Assembly (NCBI GenBank): GCA_037143635.1
Contig: JBAWYI010000001.1
Location: 497 to 64,496, forward strand
Direction of reading: 5' to 3'
Origin: Actinomycetes bacterium
GTDB taxonomy: Bacteria; Actinomycetota; Actinomycetes; Nanopelagicales; Nanopelagicaceae
DNA: 64,000 nt
The notes beneath the pieces were generated by a model that saw only the letters and a list, made by a program, of their open reading frames with translations, ran no database searches and had not been told where the DNA came from. The position numbers were made by a program, and so were the translations under genes. This document shows, in pieces, positions 11,172-20,643 of the stretch. How positions within the stretch are numbered: position 1 is the stretch's first letter; each line of letters starts with the position of its first letter.

Positions 11172-11963
11172 ATGCGCATCGTTAGATTTTCTGCACCTGC
11201 CGAGCTGGGAGTTGGAACTGATCCATTATTTGGTGTTTTAAATGATCAGGACTCAATCCTGGTGTTGCGCGGTGACCCGATTTATTCTGGAATTGTGCCG
11301 CAGGATAAGAGTTTAAAATTAAGTGAAGTCAAGTTGCTGGCACCAGTTATTCCGCGAAGCAAAGTGGTCTGTATAGGTAAAAACTACGCTGACCATGCAG
11401 CAGAAATGGATTCAGTTGTTCCTACTGAACCAATAATCTTTATTAAACCTAATACATCTGTAATAGGGCCAAATGAAACGATTATTTGGCCAAGTATGAG
11501 TGAACGAGTTGATCATGAGGCTGAACTAGCGATTGTGATTGGCCGAATATGTAAAGAGGTTCCGGCTGCAAAGGCAAAAGATGTTATTTATGGCTACACA
11601 TTAGCTAATGATGTTACGGCCAGAGATTTACAAAAAAAGGATGGGCAGTGGAGTCGTGCCAAGGGTTTTGATACTTTCTGTCCGCTTGGACCATGGATTG
11701 AAACTGAGTTCGTACCAAAGGATCAAAAAATCACCGCTACATTAAATGGTGAGGTTAAACAGTCTTCGGTCTTGTCTGAAATGATCTTTAAAATCCCACA
11801 AATTATTGAGTTTGTAACAAATGTGATGACACTCTTGCCTGGTGATGTTATTTTGACTGGTACGCCCGCTGGAATTGGTCCGATGCCGGCTGGAGCTTCA
11901 ATATCGGTTGCAATTGAAGGTTTAGGCACACTTACTAATAAGGTTTCTGCTCGTGTCCAATAA
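11172..11963 (+). CDS. Fumarylacetoacetate hydrolase family protein
   Basis: GKNYADH, HEAEL, NDVTARD, KGFDTFCPLGP, TGTPAG; usual neighbour of actinobacterial gltX. Confidence 0.92.
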   Translation: MRIVRFSAPAELGVGTDPLFGVLNDQDSILVLRGDPIYSGIVPQDKSLKLSEVKLLAPVIPRSKVVCIGKNYADHAAEMDSVVPTEPIIFIKPNTSVIGPNETIIWPSMSERVDHEAELAIVIGRICKEVPAAKAKDVIYGYTLANDVTARDLQKKDGQWSRAKGFDTFCPLGPWIETEFVPKDQKITATLNGEVKQSSVLSEMIFKIPQIIEFVTNVMTLLPGDVILTGTPAGIGPMPAGASISVAIEGLGTLTNKVSARVQ

Positions 11964-13416
11964 ATCACAAGTCAGAGTCCGGTTTGCACCTTCACCAACT
12001 GGTGACCTACATGTTGGAAACATTCGTACCGCTCTTTTTGATTGGGCATATGCCCGTCACACTGGTGGAAAATTAATCTTTAGAATTGAAGATACAGATA
12101 CAGAGCGAGTTACAGATCAATATATTCAAGCTGCGATTGATACCTTAAAATGGCTCGGACTTAATTGGGATGAGGGCCCTGAAGTTGGTGGTGAGTTTGG
12201 ACCTTACCTACAATCTCAAAGATTAGAGATTTATGCTGAGTGGGCACAAAAATTCTTAGATCAAGGCGATGCTTACCATTGTTATTGCAGTTCTGAAGAG
12301 CTTGAAGAGCGCCGACAAATTCAAATGAAAAACAACAAGGCACCTGGTTACGACGGAAAGTGCCGTGATCTTTCAAATACTCAAATTGATGAATACAAGT
12401 CGGCTGGAAGAAAACCAGTTGTAAGAATGCGAATGCCACAAGGAGAGACTGTTTTTGTTGATCAAATTCGAGGTGAAGTTAAGTTTGATCATGAGTTTGT
12501 ACCAGATTTTGTATTAGCCCGTGCAGATGGTTCGCCACTTTACACATTAGCCGTTGCTGTAGATGATGTTTTAATGAAGATTACTCATATATTAAGAGGT
12601 GAGGATTTACTTTCATCTACCCCAAGACAAATTAGGGTTTATCAAGCAATGGGTGTTACGCCAGAGCAATATCCATTATTTGCACATTTACCATTTGTGA
12701 TGGGACAAGATAATACAAAGCTTTCAAAGCGAAATGGTGAGGTTTCCATTGCTTGGTATCGCGAGCAAGGTTATTTACCGGAGGCAATTTGTAATTATCT
12801 TGCATTACTTGGTTGGTCACCAGGAGATGACAAGGAAAATATTACGATGGATGAGCTAGTTTCATTATTTACGGTCGAGCGAGTAAATAGCAGCCCAGCT
12901 AGATTTGATATGAAAAAACTAGAGGCAATTAATGGTGACAAAATTAGAGCTCTTACTCTAGATAAATTCTTAGAGTGGTCATTGCCTTTTCTGCTTAACT
13001 CAAAGGTTATTTCTGGCAGCTCAGAGGAAATTGCAGTTGTTAAGTCAGCACTTCCTATTATTCAGGAGCGAATTGTAAAATTATCGGAAATACCTCAAAT
13101 GCTTAACTTCTTATTTGTAAAAGATTTTAAAATCGATTCTGAAGAGCTTCCAAAGCTCTCAGATGACTCATCTCAAGCGGTTTTAAAGGTTGCTTTAACC
13201 AAAATTGAATCACTATCTTCATGGGATCACACAAGTATTGAAGGAGTGCTAAGAACTGCTTTAATTGATGAAATGGGACTTAAGCCAAGAATTGCCTTTA
13301 GTTCTTTGCGAATTGCGGTAACGGGATCACATATTTCACCACCATTATTTGAGTCATTGGAGTTACTAGGAAAAGAGCGTTCAATCTTGCGAATAAAGGC
13401 GGCAATTTCCAAATAA
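11953..13416 (+). CDS. gltX: Glutamate--tRNA ligase
   Basis: RFAPSPTGDLHVG (HIGH), KLSKR (KMSKS); followed by tRNA-Gln and tRNA-Glu. Confidence 0.97.
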   Translation: MSNKSQVRVRFAPSPTGDLHVGNIRTALFDWAYARHTGGKLIFRIEDTDTERVTDQYIQAAIDTLKWLGLNWDEGPEVGGEFGPYLQSQRLEIYAEWAQKFLDQGDAYHCYCSSEELEERRQIQMKNNKAPGYDGKCRDLSNTQIDEYKSAGRKPVVRMRMPQGETVFVDQIRGEVKFDHEFVPDFVLARADGSPLYTLAVAVDDVLMKITHILRGEDLLSSTPRQIRVYQAMGVTPEQYPLFAHLPFVMGQDNTKLSKRNGEVSIAWYREQGYLPEAICNYLALLGWSPGDDKENITMDELVSLFTVERVNSSPARFDMKKLEAINGDKIRALTLDKFLEWSLPFLLNSKVISGSSEEIAVVKSALPIIQERIVKLSEIPQMLNFLFVKDFKIDSEELPKLSDDSSQAVLKVALTKIESLSSWDHTSIEGVLRTALIDEMGLKPRIAFSSLRIAVTGSHISPPLFESLELLGKERSILRIKAAISK

Positions 13417-13460
13417 TTTGTGGCGCAGGGTATTCTTATCCCTGCTTTAAAATTAAATAT

Positions 13461-13532
13461 TGGGGTATGGGGTAATTGGCAGCCCAGCTGATTCTGGTTC
13501 AGCTTGTCTAGGTTCGAGTCCTGGTACCCCAG
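13461..13532 (+). tRNA. tRNA-Gln (anticodon CTG)
   Basis: Acceptor TGGGGTA/TACCCCA, anticodon stem GCTGA-TTCTGGT-TCAGC, T loop GGTTCGAGTCC; U1-A72 pair; CCA not encoded. Confidence 0.96.
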
Positions 13533-13557
13533 CGATTTATTTAATGTTTTACCGTAC

Positions 13558-13630
13558 GGCTCCGTCGTCTAGTGGCCTAGGACTCTGGCTTCTCAAGCCA
13601 GCTACGGGGGTTCGAATCCCCTCGGAGCTA
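13558..13630 (+). tRNA. tRNA-Glu (anticodon CTC)
   Basis: Acceptor GGCTCCG/CGGAGCT, anticodon stem CTGGC-TTCTCAA-GCCAG, T arm GGGGG-TTCGAAT-CCCCT; CCA not encoded. Confidence 0.96.
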
Positions 13631-13636
13631 CTTTAT

Positions 13637-14359
13637 TTACTTACTGTTTTTAAGTAAGTAGTCACTTAATCTAGCTGCAGTTGCAACAACAGCAGCTGCG
13701 TGAATTCGTCCAGGTTGTCTACTTAATCTTTCAATCGGCCCACTAATACTTACTGCTGCAATAACTTTATTATTTGGTCCACGAACTGGTGCGGAAACTG
13801 ATGCAACTCCTGCTTCTCGCTCACCAACTGATTGTGCCCAACCACGGCGCCGGACAGCAGAAAGGTTTGCTGCGGTAAATTTTGCATTTGTTAAGCCACG
13901 GTGGAGTTTCTCTGGCTCCTCCCAAGCAAGAAGTATTTGTGCAGCCGAGCCAGCTTGCATTGTTAACGCAGTTCCAACTGGAACTGAATCCCGTAATCCT
14001 GTCAATCTTTCTGCGGTTGCAACACAAATTCTTAAATCACCTTGGCGGCGGTATAACTGAGCACTCTCACTTGTTGCATCGCGTAATGCAGTAAGTGCAG
14101 GTACTGCGATAGCAAGTAATTTATCTTCACCAGCTGCGGCTGCTAACTCAGAAGAGCGGGAGCCAAGAACAAATCGGCCCGAAAAATCTCTACTTACTAA
14201 TCTGTGGTGCTCAAGCGCCACCGCTAATCGGTGCGCGGTTGGGCGAGCAATTCCCGTGGTGGATACAAGATCACTTAATGATTGAGGTCCGGCCTCTAAG
14301 GCAGATAGAATTTTTACGGCTTTGTCTAATACACCAACTCCGCTATTCTTTCTGTCCAT
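13637..14359 (-). CDS. ndgR: IclR-family regulator (NdgR/LtbR-like) divergent from leuCD
   Basis: SGVGVLDKA HTH start, RPTAHRL, C-terminal GVASVSAPV...AAVSISGP; ATG at 14359 preferred over 14380. Confidence 0.88.
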   Translation of the reverse strand: MDRKNSGVGVLDKAVKILSALEAGPQSLSDLVSTTGIARPTAHRLAVALEHHRLVSRDFSGRFVLGSRSSELAAAAGEDKLLAIAVPALTALRDATSESAQLYRRQGDLRICVATAERLTGLRDSVPVGTALTMQAGSAAQILLAWEEPEKLHRGLTNAKFTAANLSAVRRRGWAQSVGEREAGVASVSAPVRGPNNKVIAAVSISGPIERLSRQPGRIHAAAVVATAARLSDYLLKNSK

Positions 14360-14374
14360 ACTCTGATAATGCCA

Positions 14375-14389
14375 TCTCAACTATTGAGA
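14375..14389. promoter_or_regulatory. 15-bp palindrome TCTCAA-CTA-TTGAGA, putative NdgR operator
   Basis: Perfect 6-3-6 inverted repeat in the ndgR/leuC intergenic region. Confidence 0.65.
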
Positions 14390-14431
14390 AGCAAATCCGA
14401 GACGGAAATTTAACAAGGAGTTGTAAAGTAA

Positions 14432-15829
14432 ATGGGAAAGACATTAGCGGAAAAGATTTGGTCAGAGCATGTAGTTAGCTCTACCGCTGGTGAACCAGAT
14501 TTACTTTATATAGATCTTCACTTAATTCATGAAGTGACTAGCCCACAAGCATTTGATGGTTTACGCCTTGCAGATCGTAAAGTTCGCCGCCCAGACTTAA
14601 CAATTGCAACTGAAGACCATAATGTGCCAACTCTTAATATTGATAAACCAATTGCTGATCCAGTTTCAAAGTTACAGGTAGACACTTTGCGGAAAAATTG
14701 TGAGGAGTTTGGTGTCCGGCTTCATTCACTAGGAGATGTAGAGCAGGGAATTGTGCATGTGGTTGGGCCACAACTTGGAATTACTCAGCCCGGTATGACA
14801 ATTGTTTGCGGTGATTCTCATACCTCAACTCACGGAGCATTCGGTGCGCTTGCATTTGGAATTGGTACAAGTGAGGTTGAGCATGTACTTGCCACTCAAA
14901 CCTTGCCATTAATTCGCCCTAAAACAATGGCGATAAATGTTGAGGGCACTTTGAAAGCTGGTGTTACCAGTAAAGATATTATCTTGGCAGTTATTGCAAA
15001 GATTGGTACCGGCGGCGGTCAGGGTTACATTCTTGAGTACCGTGGTAGTGCAATCAGAGCTCTCTCAATGGAGGCTCGAATGACAATCTGTAACATGTCA
15101 ATTGAAGCTGGTGCAAGAGCTGGATTAATTGCGCCAGATCAAACTACTTTTGATTATGTAAAGAGTAAGCCCCATGCACCTGATGGTGCTGATTGGGATG
15201 CTGCCCTTACCTATTGGAAAACTTTGACAACAGATTCTGATGCTAAGTTTGATAAAGAGATCAATTTAAATGCTGATGATTTAGCACCATTTGTAACTTG
15301 GGGGACCAACCCAGGACAAGGACTTCCGCTTAGTGCATCTGTGCCAAACCCAGCTGATTTTAGTAATGCTGAAGATCGCGGAGCCGCTGAACGTGCGCTT
15401 GAATACATGGATTTAAAACCTGGAACTCCACTTAAATCAATCAAGGTAGATACTGTCTTTTTAGGCTCTTGCACAAATGGCCGAATTGAAGACTTACGAT
15501 CAGCGGCTGAGGTTATTAAAGGGAAAAAGATTGCCCAATCACTTCGGTTATTAGTTGTTCCTGGCTCAGCCAGAGTGCGTCTGCAAGCAGAATCTGAAGG
15601 GCTAGATAAAGTATTTATTGATGCTGGAGCTGAGTGGCGAAGTGCTGGTTGTTCAATGTGTTTGGGAATGAATCCAGATCAATTAAAACCAGGCGAGCGG
15701 GCAGCATCAACTAGTAATAGAAACTTTGAAGGAAGACAAGGAAAGGGCGGTCGGACCCACCTGGTGAGCCCATTAGTGGCTGCTGCGACTGCTTTAAAGG
15801 GCACCTTAGCCTCACCGGCGGATTTGTAA
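14432..15829 (+). CDS. leuC: 3-isopropylmalate dehydratase large subunit
   Basis: [33 protein letters not shown]. Confidence 0.98.
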   Translation: MGKTLAEKIWSEHVVSSTAGEPDLLYIDLHLIHEVTSPQAFDGLRLADRKVRRPDLTIATEDHNVPTLNIDKPIADPVSKLQVDTLRKNCEEFGVRLHSLGDVEQGIVHVVGPQLGITQPGMTIVCGDSHTSTHGAFGALAFGIGTSEVEHVLATQTLPLIRPKTMAINVEGTLKAGVTSKDIILAVIAKIGTGGGQGYILEYRGSAIRALSMEARMTICNMSIEAGARAGLIAPDQTTFDYVKSKPHAPDGADWDAALTYWKTLTTDSDAKFDKEINLNADDLAPFVTWGTNPGQGLPLSASVPNPADFSNAEDRGAAERALEYMDLKPGTPLKSIKVDTVFLGSCTNGRIEDLRSAAEVIKGKKIAQSLRLLVVPGSARVRLQAESEGLDKVFIDAGAEWRSAGCSMCLGMNPDQLKPGERAASTSNRNFEGRQGKGGRTHLVSPLVAAATALKGTLASPADL

Positions 15830-15830
15830 C

Positions 15831-16427
15831 ATGGAAAAATTCATAAAACATACAGGCAGCGCATTGCCACTTCGTCGCAGCAATGTTGATACCGATCAGA
15901 TTATTCCAGCGGTTTACCTAAAGCGAATAACAAAGAGCGGCTTTGAGGATGGCCTTTTTGCTGCTTGGCGCAATGATCCAACCTTTGTGTTAAATCAACC
16001 TCAATACAAAAATGCAACTGTGCTAGTTGCTGGCCCAGATTTTGGAACTGGCTCATCCCGAGAGCATGCAGTTTGGGCACTTCAAAATTACGGATTCAAA
16101 GTTGTCTTATCTAGCCGCTTTGCAGATATCTTCCGTGGTAATTCACAAAAGATGGGCTTATTAACGGTGATTTTAAGCCAAGATGAGATTGAAAAGATCT
16201 GGCAGGTAATTGAAAGCAAGCCAGAGACACAGATAACAGTTGATTTAGAGAGTAAAACTGTTTCATACCAGGGGACAACTCTTAACTTTGCAATTGATGA
16301 TTACACCCGCTGGCGCCTTATGGAAGGGCTAGATGATATTGGCCTTACATTTACTAAAATTGATCAGGTTACAAAGTTTGAAGAAAAAAGAGCGAGTTTT
16401 AAGCCTAAAACACTACCTATTCGCTAA
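15831..16427 (+). CDS. leuD: 3-isopropylmalate dehydratase small subunit
   Basis: [19 protein letters not shown]. Confidence 0.98.
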   Translation: MEKFIKHTGSALPLRRSNVDTDQIIPAVYLKRITKSGFEDGLFAAWRNDPTFVLNQPQYKNATVLVAGPDFGTGSSREHAVWALQNYGFKVVLSSRFADIFRGNSQKMGLLTVILSQDEIEKIWQVIESKPETQITVDLESKTVSYQGTTLNFAIDDYTRWRLMEGLDDIGLTFTKIDQVTKFEEKRASFKPKTLPIR

Positions 16428-16432
16428 GTTAA

Positions 16433-16466
16433 AACTCTAAAGTAATTATTTAGAGTTATCTTTTTT
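16433..16466 (+). terminator. Putative intrinsic terminator after leuD
   Basis: AACTCTAAA-GTAATTA-TTTAGAGTT stem followed by ATCTTTTTT; stem is AT-rich. Confidence 0.5.
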
Positions 16467-16602
16467 GCGCTAAAACCCTTGATTTATATTAAGAATTTGC
16501 TTGCGACACACCGAATTAATTAATCAAAGTATTTCTAATCACCCCATAGATTAACCCTAGTTAAGCAAACGCTTAATGTTTACGCGTAAATAAGGGGATT
16601 AA

Positions 16603-17010
16603 ATGAACAAGGCCCAGTTCATCGCTTATCTAGCACCACAATTTGGTGATAGTAAGAAAGAAGCTGCACGCGCCGTTGAGGTTGTTTTTGATGCGATTAT
16701 TCGCAACATCTCAAAGGGTGATGATGTAATGATTAATGATTTCGGTAAGTTTAAGAAGGTAGACCGTCCAGCACGTAAGGGACGTAATCCATTTACCGGT
16801 GAATCAATTCAAATTAAAGCCAGCAAGAAGGTTCGCTTTCTACCTGCAAAGGGATTGAAAGAGGTTATCTCTGGCGCACGCAAGTTAGGCGCAGCACCAA
16901 CACCACCAGCAAAGGCAGCACCTGCAAAGGCTGTTAAGAAAGCTGGCAAGGCAAAGAAGGTTTCACGTAAACCTGCTAAGAAAGCGAAGAAGGCAAAGCG
17001 TCGTAAGTAA
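16603..17010 (+). CDS. hup: HU DNA-binding protein with Lys/Ala/Pro-rich tail (HupB/HupS-like)
   Basis: MNKAQF, FGKF, GRNPFTGE core plus PAKKAKK tail; downstream of leuD as in other actinobacteria. Confidence 0.93.
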   Translation: MNKAQFIAYLAPQFGDSKKEAARAVEVVFDAIIRNISKGDDVMINDFGKFKKVDRPARKGRNPFTGESIQIKASKKVRFLPAKGLKEVISGARKLGAAPTPPAKAAPAKAVKKAGKAKKVSRKPAKKAKKAKRRK

Positions 17011-17025
17011 AAAAAGTTGTTAATT

Positions 17026-17058
17026 AGCGGGATCTCATGCGTGAGATCCCGCTTTTTT
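17026..17058 (+). terminator. Intrinsic terminator after hup
   Basis: AGCGGGATCTCA-TGCG-TGAGATCCCGCT 12-bp stem followed by a T tract. Confidence 0.9.
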
Positions 17059-17103
17059 ACGCTCATTTATAGCCAAGATGATGAATAGTCGTAGAATTAC
17101 GCG

Positions 17104-17886
17104 GTGTCTACCGATCTAAAGATTTCCTATGCCCCACCATCGGGTAAACCATTAGGCGCAACAAGTTGGTTTCGGTTTGGTGCAAATTTAATCCGCCCAC
17201 TTTTAAATTTAATAGCCAAGCGGGATTGGCGTGGGGTAGAAAATATTCCAAAAAGCGGGGCAGCAATTGCCGTTTGTAATCACATCTCATATGTAGATCC
17301 ACTTTTATTTACTCATTTTTTATATAACAATGGCAGGGCGCCTAGGTATTTAGGCAAAGCCTCACTTTTTAGATTACCTATTATTGGCAGAGTACTTCTT
17401 GGTGCTGGTCAAATTCCAGTAGAGCGTGAGACCAGCTCTGCCTCTCAATCCTTGCAACATGCAATTGCTTTTTTGAAGGCAGGTCACCTACTTGGTGTTT
17501 ACCCAGAAGGAACCCTGACTAGGGATGAGAATTACTGGCCAATGAAGGCAAAGACGGGAATTGCTCGTCTTGCAATCCTGACACAGGTTCCGGTAATCCC
17601 ATGTGCGCAGTGGGGTGCGCAAAAGATTTTGCCGGCTTATAGTAAGAAACCAAAATTATTTCCACGAACTAAGGTAACTGTTGTAGCTGGTAAGCCACTT
17701 GATTTTTCCAAATGGTATGGCAGAGCTGAGGATCCGGTTGCGCTGGAAGAGGCAACAGCTTTTGTAATGAGTGCGATTACAAGATTGTTAGAAGATTTAA
17801 GAAGTGAGAAAGCGCCATCGGAGATATTTGATCCAAAGAAGTCGCAACTGCCTCGAACTGGAAATTTTAAGCGAGATCAAAAATGA
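17104..17886 (+). CDS. plsC: Lysophospholipid (1-acyl-G3P) acyltransferase
   Basis: NHISYVD and YPEGT motifs; upstream of gpsA. Confidence 0.88.
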   Translation: MSTDLKISYAPPSGKPLGATSWFRFGANLIRPLLNLIAKRDWRGVENIPKSGAAIAVCNHISYVDPLLFTHFLYNNGRAPRYLGKASLFRLPIIGRVLLGAGQIPVERETSSASQSLQHAIAFLKAGHLLGVYPEGTLTRDENYWPMKAKTGIARLAILTQVPVIPCAQWGAQKILPAYSKKPKLFPRTKVTVVAGKPLDFSKWYGRAEDPVALEEATAFVMSAITRLLEDLRSEKAPSEIFDPKKSQLPRTGNFKRDQK

Positions 17887-18881
17887 AAAAAGTTGCAATC
17901 CTAGGTTCTGGTGCATGGGGAACAACCCTTGGTCAAGTTTTAATTGACTCAGGTCAACAGGTATTAATTTGGGGTAGAAATAAAAAGGTTGTCCGAGAAA
18001 TAAACCGTCGGCACTCTAATCGTAGATTTTTAAAAGGTATTGATCTACCAAAAGAGTTAAAAGCAACTACTGACATCAAGGCAGTTTTAGAGTTTGCTGA
18101 TGTGATTGTATTAGCAATTCCGGCTCAGACTTTGCGGGAAAATTTAGAAAGCTGGAAAGGATTTTTTCCAACTGATTTGCCAATCATTAGCACTTTAAAA
18201 GGTATTGAGGTTGAAACGCAACTTAGAATGACGGAAATCGCCCAAGAGATACTAGGTGCGGATAAATCAAGATTTGGCTTAATTACTGGACCAAATTTGG
18301 CTAATGAAATAATTACTAGGCAACCTGCTGGAGCAGTTGTTGCCTCAGAAAATCCGGAAATTATAAAGATAATGCAGGAAATTTTTTCAACAAATTATTT
18401 TAGAATATATCCATCCACAGATTTAATTGGTTGCGAGTTTGCTGGTGCTGCTAAAAGCGTAATTGCCCTAGCAGTTGGTATCGCAGTTGGAATGGGTTAT
18501 GGCGAAAATACTCAAGGTTTAATGATTACCCGCGGCCTTTCTGAGGTTGCTCGTCTTGGTGAGGCGTATGGAGCTAACCCATTAACTTTCTTAGGTCTAG
18601 CTGGCATCGGTGACTTAGTTGCAAGTGCTCAATCACCACTATCTCGTAATAGAAGTTTTGGCGAAGTACTTGGTAAATCTGGCTCAATTGTAAAAGCGCG
18701 AGCACAAGTCGTTAAAACTGTTGAAGGTGTTTACTCAGCGGGCGCAATGCTTGAACTAGCGCATCGCGTTGGGGTTGAAGCTCCAATTATTGAAGCGGTC
18801 TCAGATGTTGTGGCTGGAACGTTAACGCCAAAGGATGCAATGGCAAATTTAATGAAAGTAAGTATTAGGGCTGAAATCTAA
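17883..18881 (+). CDS. gpsA: NAD(P)H-dependent glycerol-3-phosphate dehydrogenase
   Basis: GSGAWGT, KGIE, GPNLA, GIGDL, SRN. Confidence 0.95.
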   Translation: MKKVAILGSGAWGTTLGQVLIDSGQQVLIWGRNKKVVREINRRHSNRRFLKGIDLPKELKATTDIKAVLEFADVIVLAIPAQTLRENLESWKGFFPTDLPIISTLKGIEVETQLRMTEIAQEILGADKSRFGLITGPNLANEIITRQPAGAVVASENPEIIKIMQEIFSTNYFRIYPSTDLIGCEFAGAAKSVIALAVGIAVGMGYGENTQGLMITRGLSEVARLGEAYGANPLTFLGLAGIGDLVASAQSPLSRNRSFGEVLGKSGSIVKARAQVVKTVEGVYSAGAMLELAHRVGVEAPIIEAVSDVVAGTLTPKDAMANLMKVSIRAEI

Positions 18882-19921
18882 TGAGTAAGGTAAGAGTTGC
18901 AATAATTTGTGGCGGTAAAAGTAGTGAACATGAGATCTCATGTATCTCAGCAAATGGAATTCTAAATGCTATTGATCGAAGCACCTTTGAACCCGTGTTA
19001 ATTGGAATCACAAAAAGTGGTAAATGGTTACTTCTGCCAGAGGACACAAGTTTTATTATTCAAAATGGCGCCCTACCTACCGTGCCAGAGTCCGGACTTG
19101 AAATAAGTATTACCAGCCAGGGTTTATTTTCCGGTGGTAAGAATTTAGCAATCGACGTAGTCTTCCCAATTCTTCACGGGCCATATGGTGAAGATGGAAC
19201 AATTCAAGGTTTATTTGAAATGATTGGATTACGTTATGTTGGTTCTGGTGTATTAGCCAGTGCGGTAAGTATGGATAAGTCATATTCAAAACCAATTTTT
19301 GCTGCAGCCGGATTAAAAGTTGCACCTGGCACGGTTGTCACATCAAGTAATTTTGAGCTGCCAAGTAATCTTAAATATCCACTCTTCGTAAAACCAGCAC
19401 GAAGCGGATCTAGCCGAGGAACAACTAAGGTTAAGCAAGATTCAGAGTTAAAAGCAGCAGTTGAATCTGCTTTAGCCTTTGATACTAAAGTAATAATTGA
19501 GCAAGCTGTTGTTGGCAAAGAGATTGAGTGCGCTGTATTGCAATCTGAGGGTAAAACAATAGTTTCACCAGTTGGGCAAATAGTTATTTCAAGTAAGTAT
19601 GAGTTTTATGATTTCCAAGCTAAGTATCTTGATGATTCAATGCAATTAGTTTTTCCAGAGTTACCAGCAGGTATTGAGGAGAAGATACAAGCAGCGGCTC
19701 TAACCGCATTTAATGCGGCCGGGTGCGAAGGATTAGCTAGGGTTGATTTCTTCTACTCTGATTCAGATGAAGTAGTAATTAATGAAATCAATACCATGCC
19801 TGGCTTTACACCACTTTCGGTATATCCAAAGTTGATTGAAAAAAGCGGTATGAATTATCAGCAATTAATTACAACACTTATTCAAACTGCACAAACTCGA
19901 TCAGCAAGTATTACTCGGTAA
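18881..19921 (+). CDS. ddl: D-alanine--D-alanine ligase
   Basis: GGKSSEHEIS, LHGPYGEDG, YDFQAKY, NEINTMPGFT. Confidence 0.97.
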   Translation: MSKVRVAIICGGKSSEHEISCISANGILNAIDRSTFEPVLIGITKSGKWLLLPEDTSFIIQNGALPTVPESGLEISITSQGLFSGGKNLAIDVVFPILHGPYGEDGTIQGLFEMIGLRYVGSGVLASAVSMDKSYSKPIFAAAGLKVAPGTVVTSSNFELPSNLKYPLFVKPARSGSSRGTTKVKQDSELKAAVESALAFDTKVIIEQAVVGKEIECAVLQSEGKTIVSPVGQIVISSKYEFYDFQAKYLDDSMQLVFPELPAGIEEKIQAAALTAFNAAGCEGLARVDFFYSDSDEVVINEINTMPGFTPLSVYPKLIEKSGMNYQQLITTLIQTAQTRSASITR

Positions 19922-19924
19922 GTA

Positions 19925-20413
19925 ATGGAAGGTGTATTAGAAAAGAGTGCTGTTAAGCGAGTTAACAATGCACTTAAGATAAACGGAATCTCTGGTCAAA
20001 TAAAGGTTCTATCTGAGAGCGCTCGAAGCGCTGCCGAGGCTGCATCTGCTCTTGGAATTGAGGTTGGTCAGATTGCTTCATCAATTATTTTTAAACTACC
20101 TAATGAATCTCCATTATTAGTTATTACCTCTGGACGTCACCGAGTAGATACCGAGTTAGTGGCTAAGGAGTTATCAGTTGATAATCTAGCCAGAGTTGAT
20201 GCAGATTATGTTAAAGAGTTATCTGGATTTTCAATTGGCGGAGTTGCACCCCTGGGCTGGATTAATCCACCGGCGATTACATTAATAGATTTAGCTTTAA
20301 ATGATTATGAGGTGGTTTGGGCTGCTGCTGGACATCCGCACGCAGTTTTTCCAACCACTTATAAAGAATTAATGAAATCCACTAGTGCAAAAGCTATGAA
20401 GGTAGGGGAGTAA
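19925..20413 (+). CDS. YbaK/EbsC-family aminoacyl-tRNA deacylase-like protein
   Basis: GFSIGGVAPLG and VWAAAG motifs. Confidence 0.85.
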   Translation: MEGVLEKSAVKRVNNALKINGISGQIKVLSESARSAAEAASALGIEVGQIASSIIFKLPNESPLLVITSGRHRVDTELVAKELSVDNLARVDADYVKELSGFSIGGVAPLGWINPPAITLIDLALNDYEVVWAAAGHPHAVFPTTYKELMKSTSAKAMKVGE

Positions 20414-20643
20414 TGAAGATTACAAAGGCAAATATATTTGAGTGGCTAGGTGTAGTAACAGCAATTGTTTATTCACTTTTAGTAGCTGCGAATATTGGGG
20501 CAGAGTTCATCGGATTTACTCTGTTGTTAGCGTCTTCTGGATTCATTGGAATTTGGGCCTATCTTGGTAAGCATAAAGGAATTCTCTTCCTTCAATTCTT
20601 TTATGCAACAGCTGGAATCATTGGCATGATTCGCTGGTTTTAG
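20413..20643 (+). CDS. Small 3-TM membrane protein resembling one half of PnuC
   Basis: 76 aa, SD GGGGAG, TAATG coupling to ybaK; EWLG...LQFFY...G..RW pattern. Confidence 0.7.
   Translation: MKITKANIFEWLGVVTAIVYSLLVAANIGAEFIGFTLLLASSGFIGIWAYLGKHKGILFLQFFYATAGIIGMIRWF

Noticed and set aside
13417-13640. tRNA pair as an integration site
   Set aside because: No integrase, no duplicated tRNA 3' end, and core genes continue on both sides
13460-13657. 65-aa ORF after gltX
   Set aside because: It is a translation of the two tRNA genes
16503-16513. GCGACACACCG upstream of hup as a WhiA GACAC site
   Set aside because: A five-base core is too short to support alone and spacing to the likely promoter is not convincing
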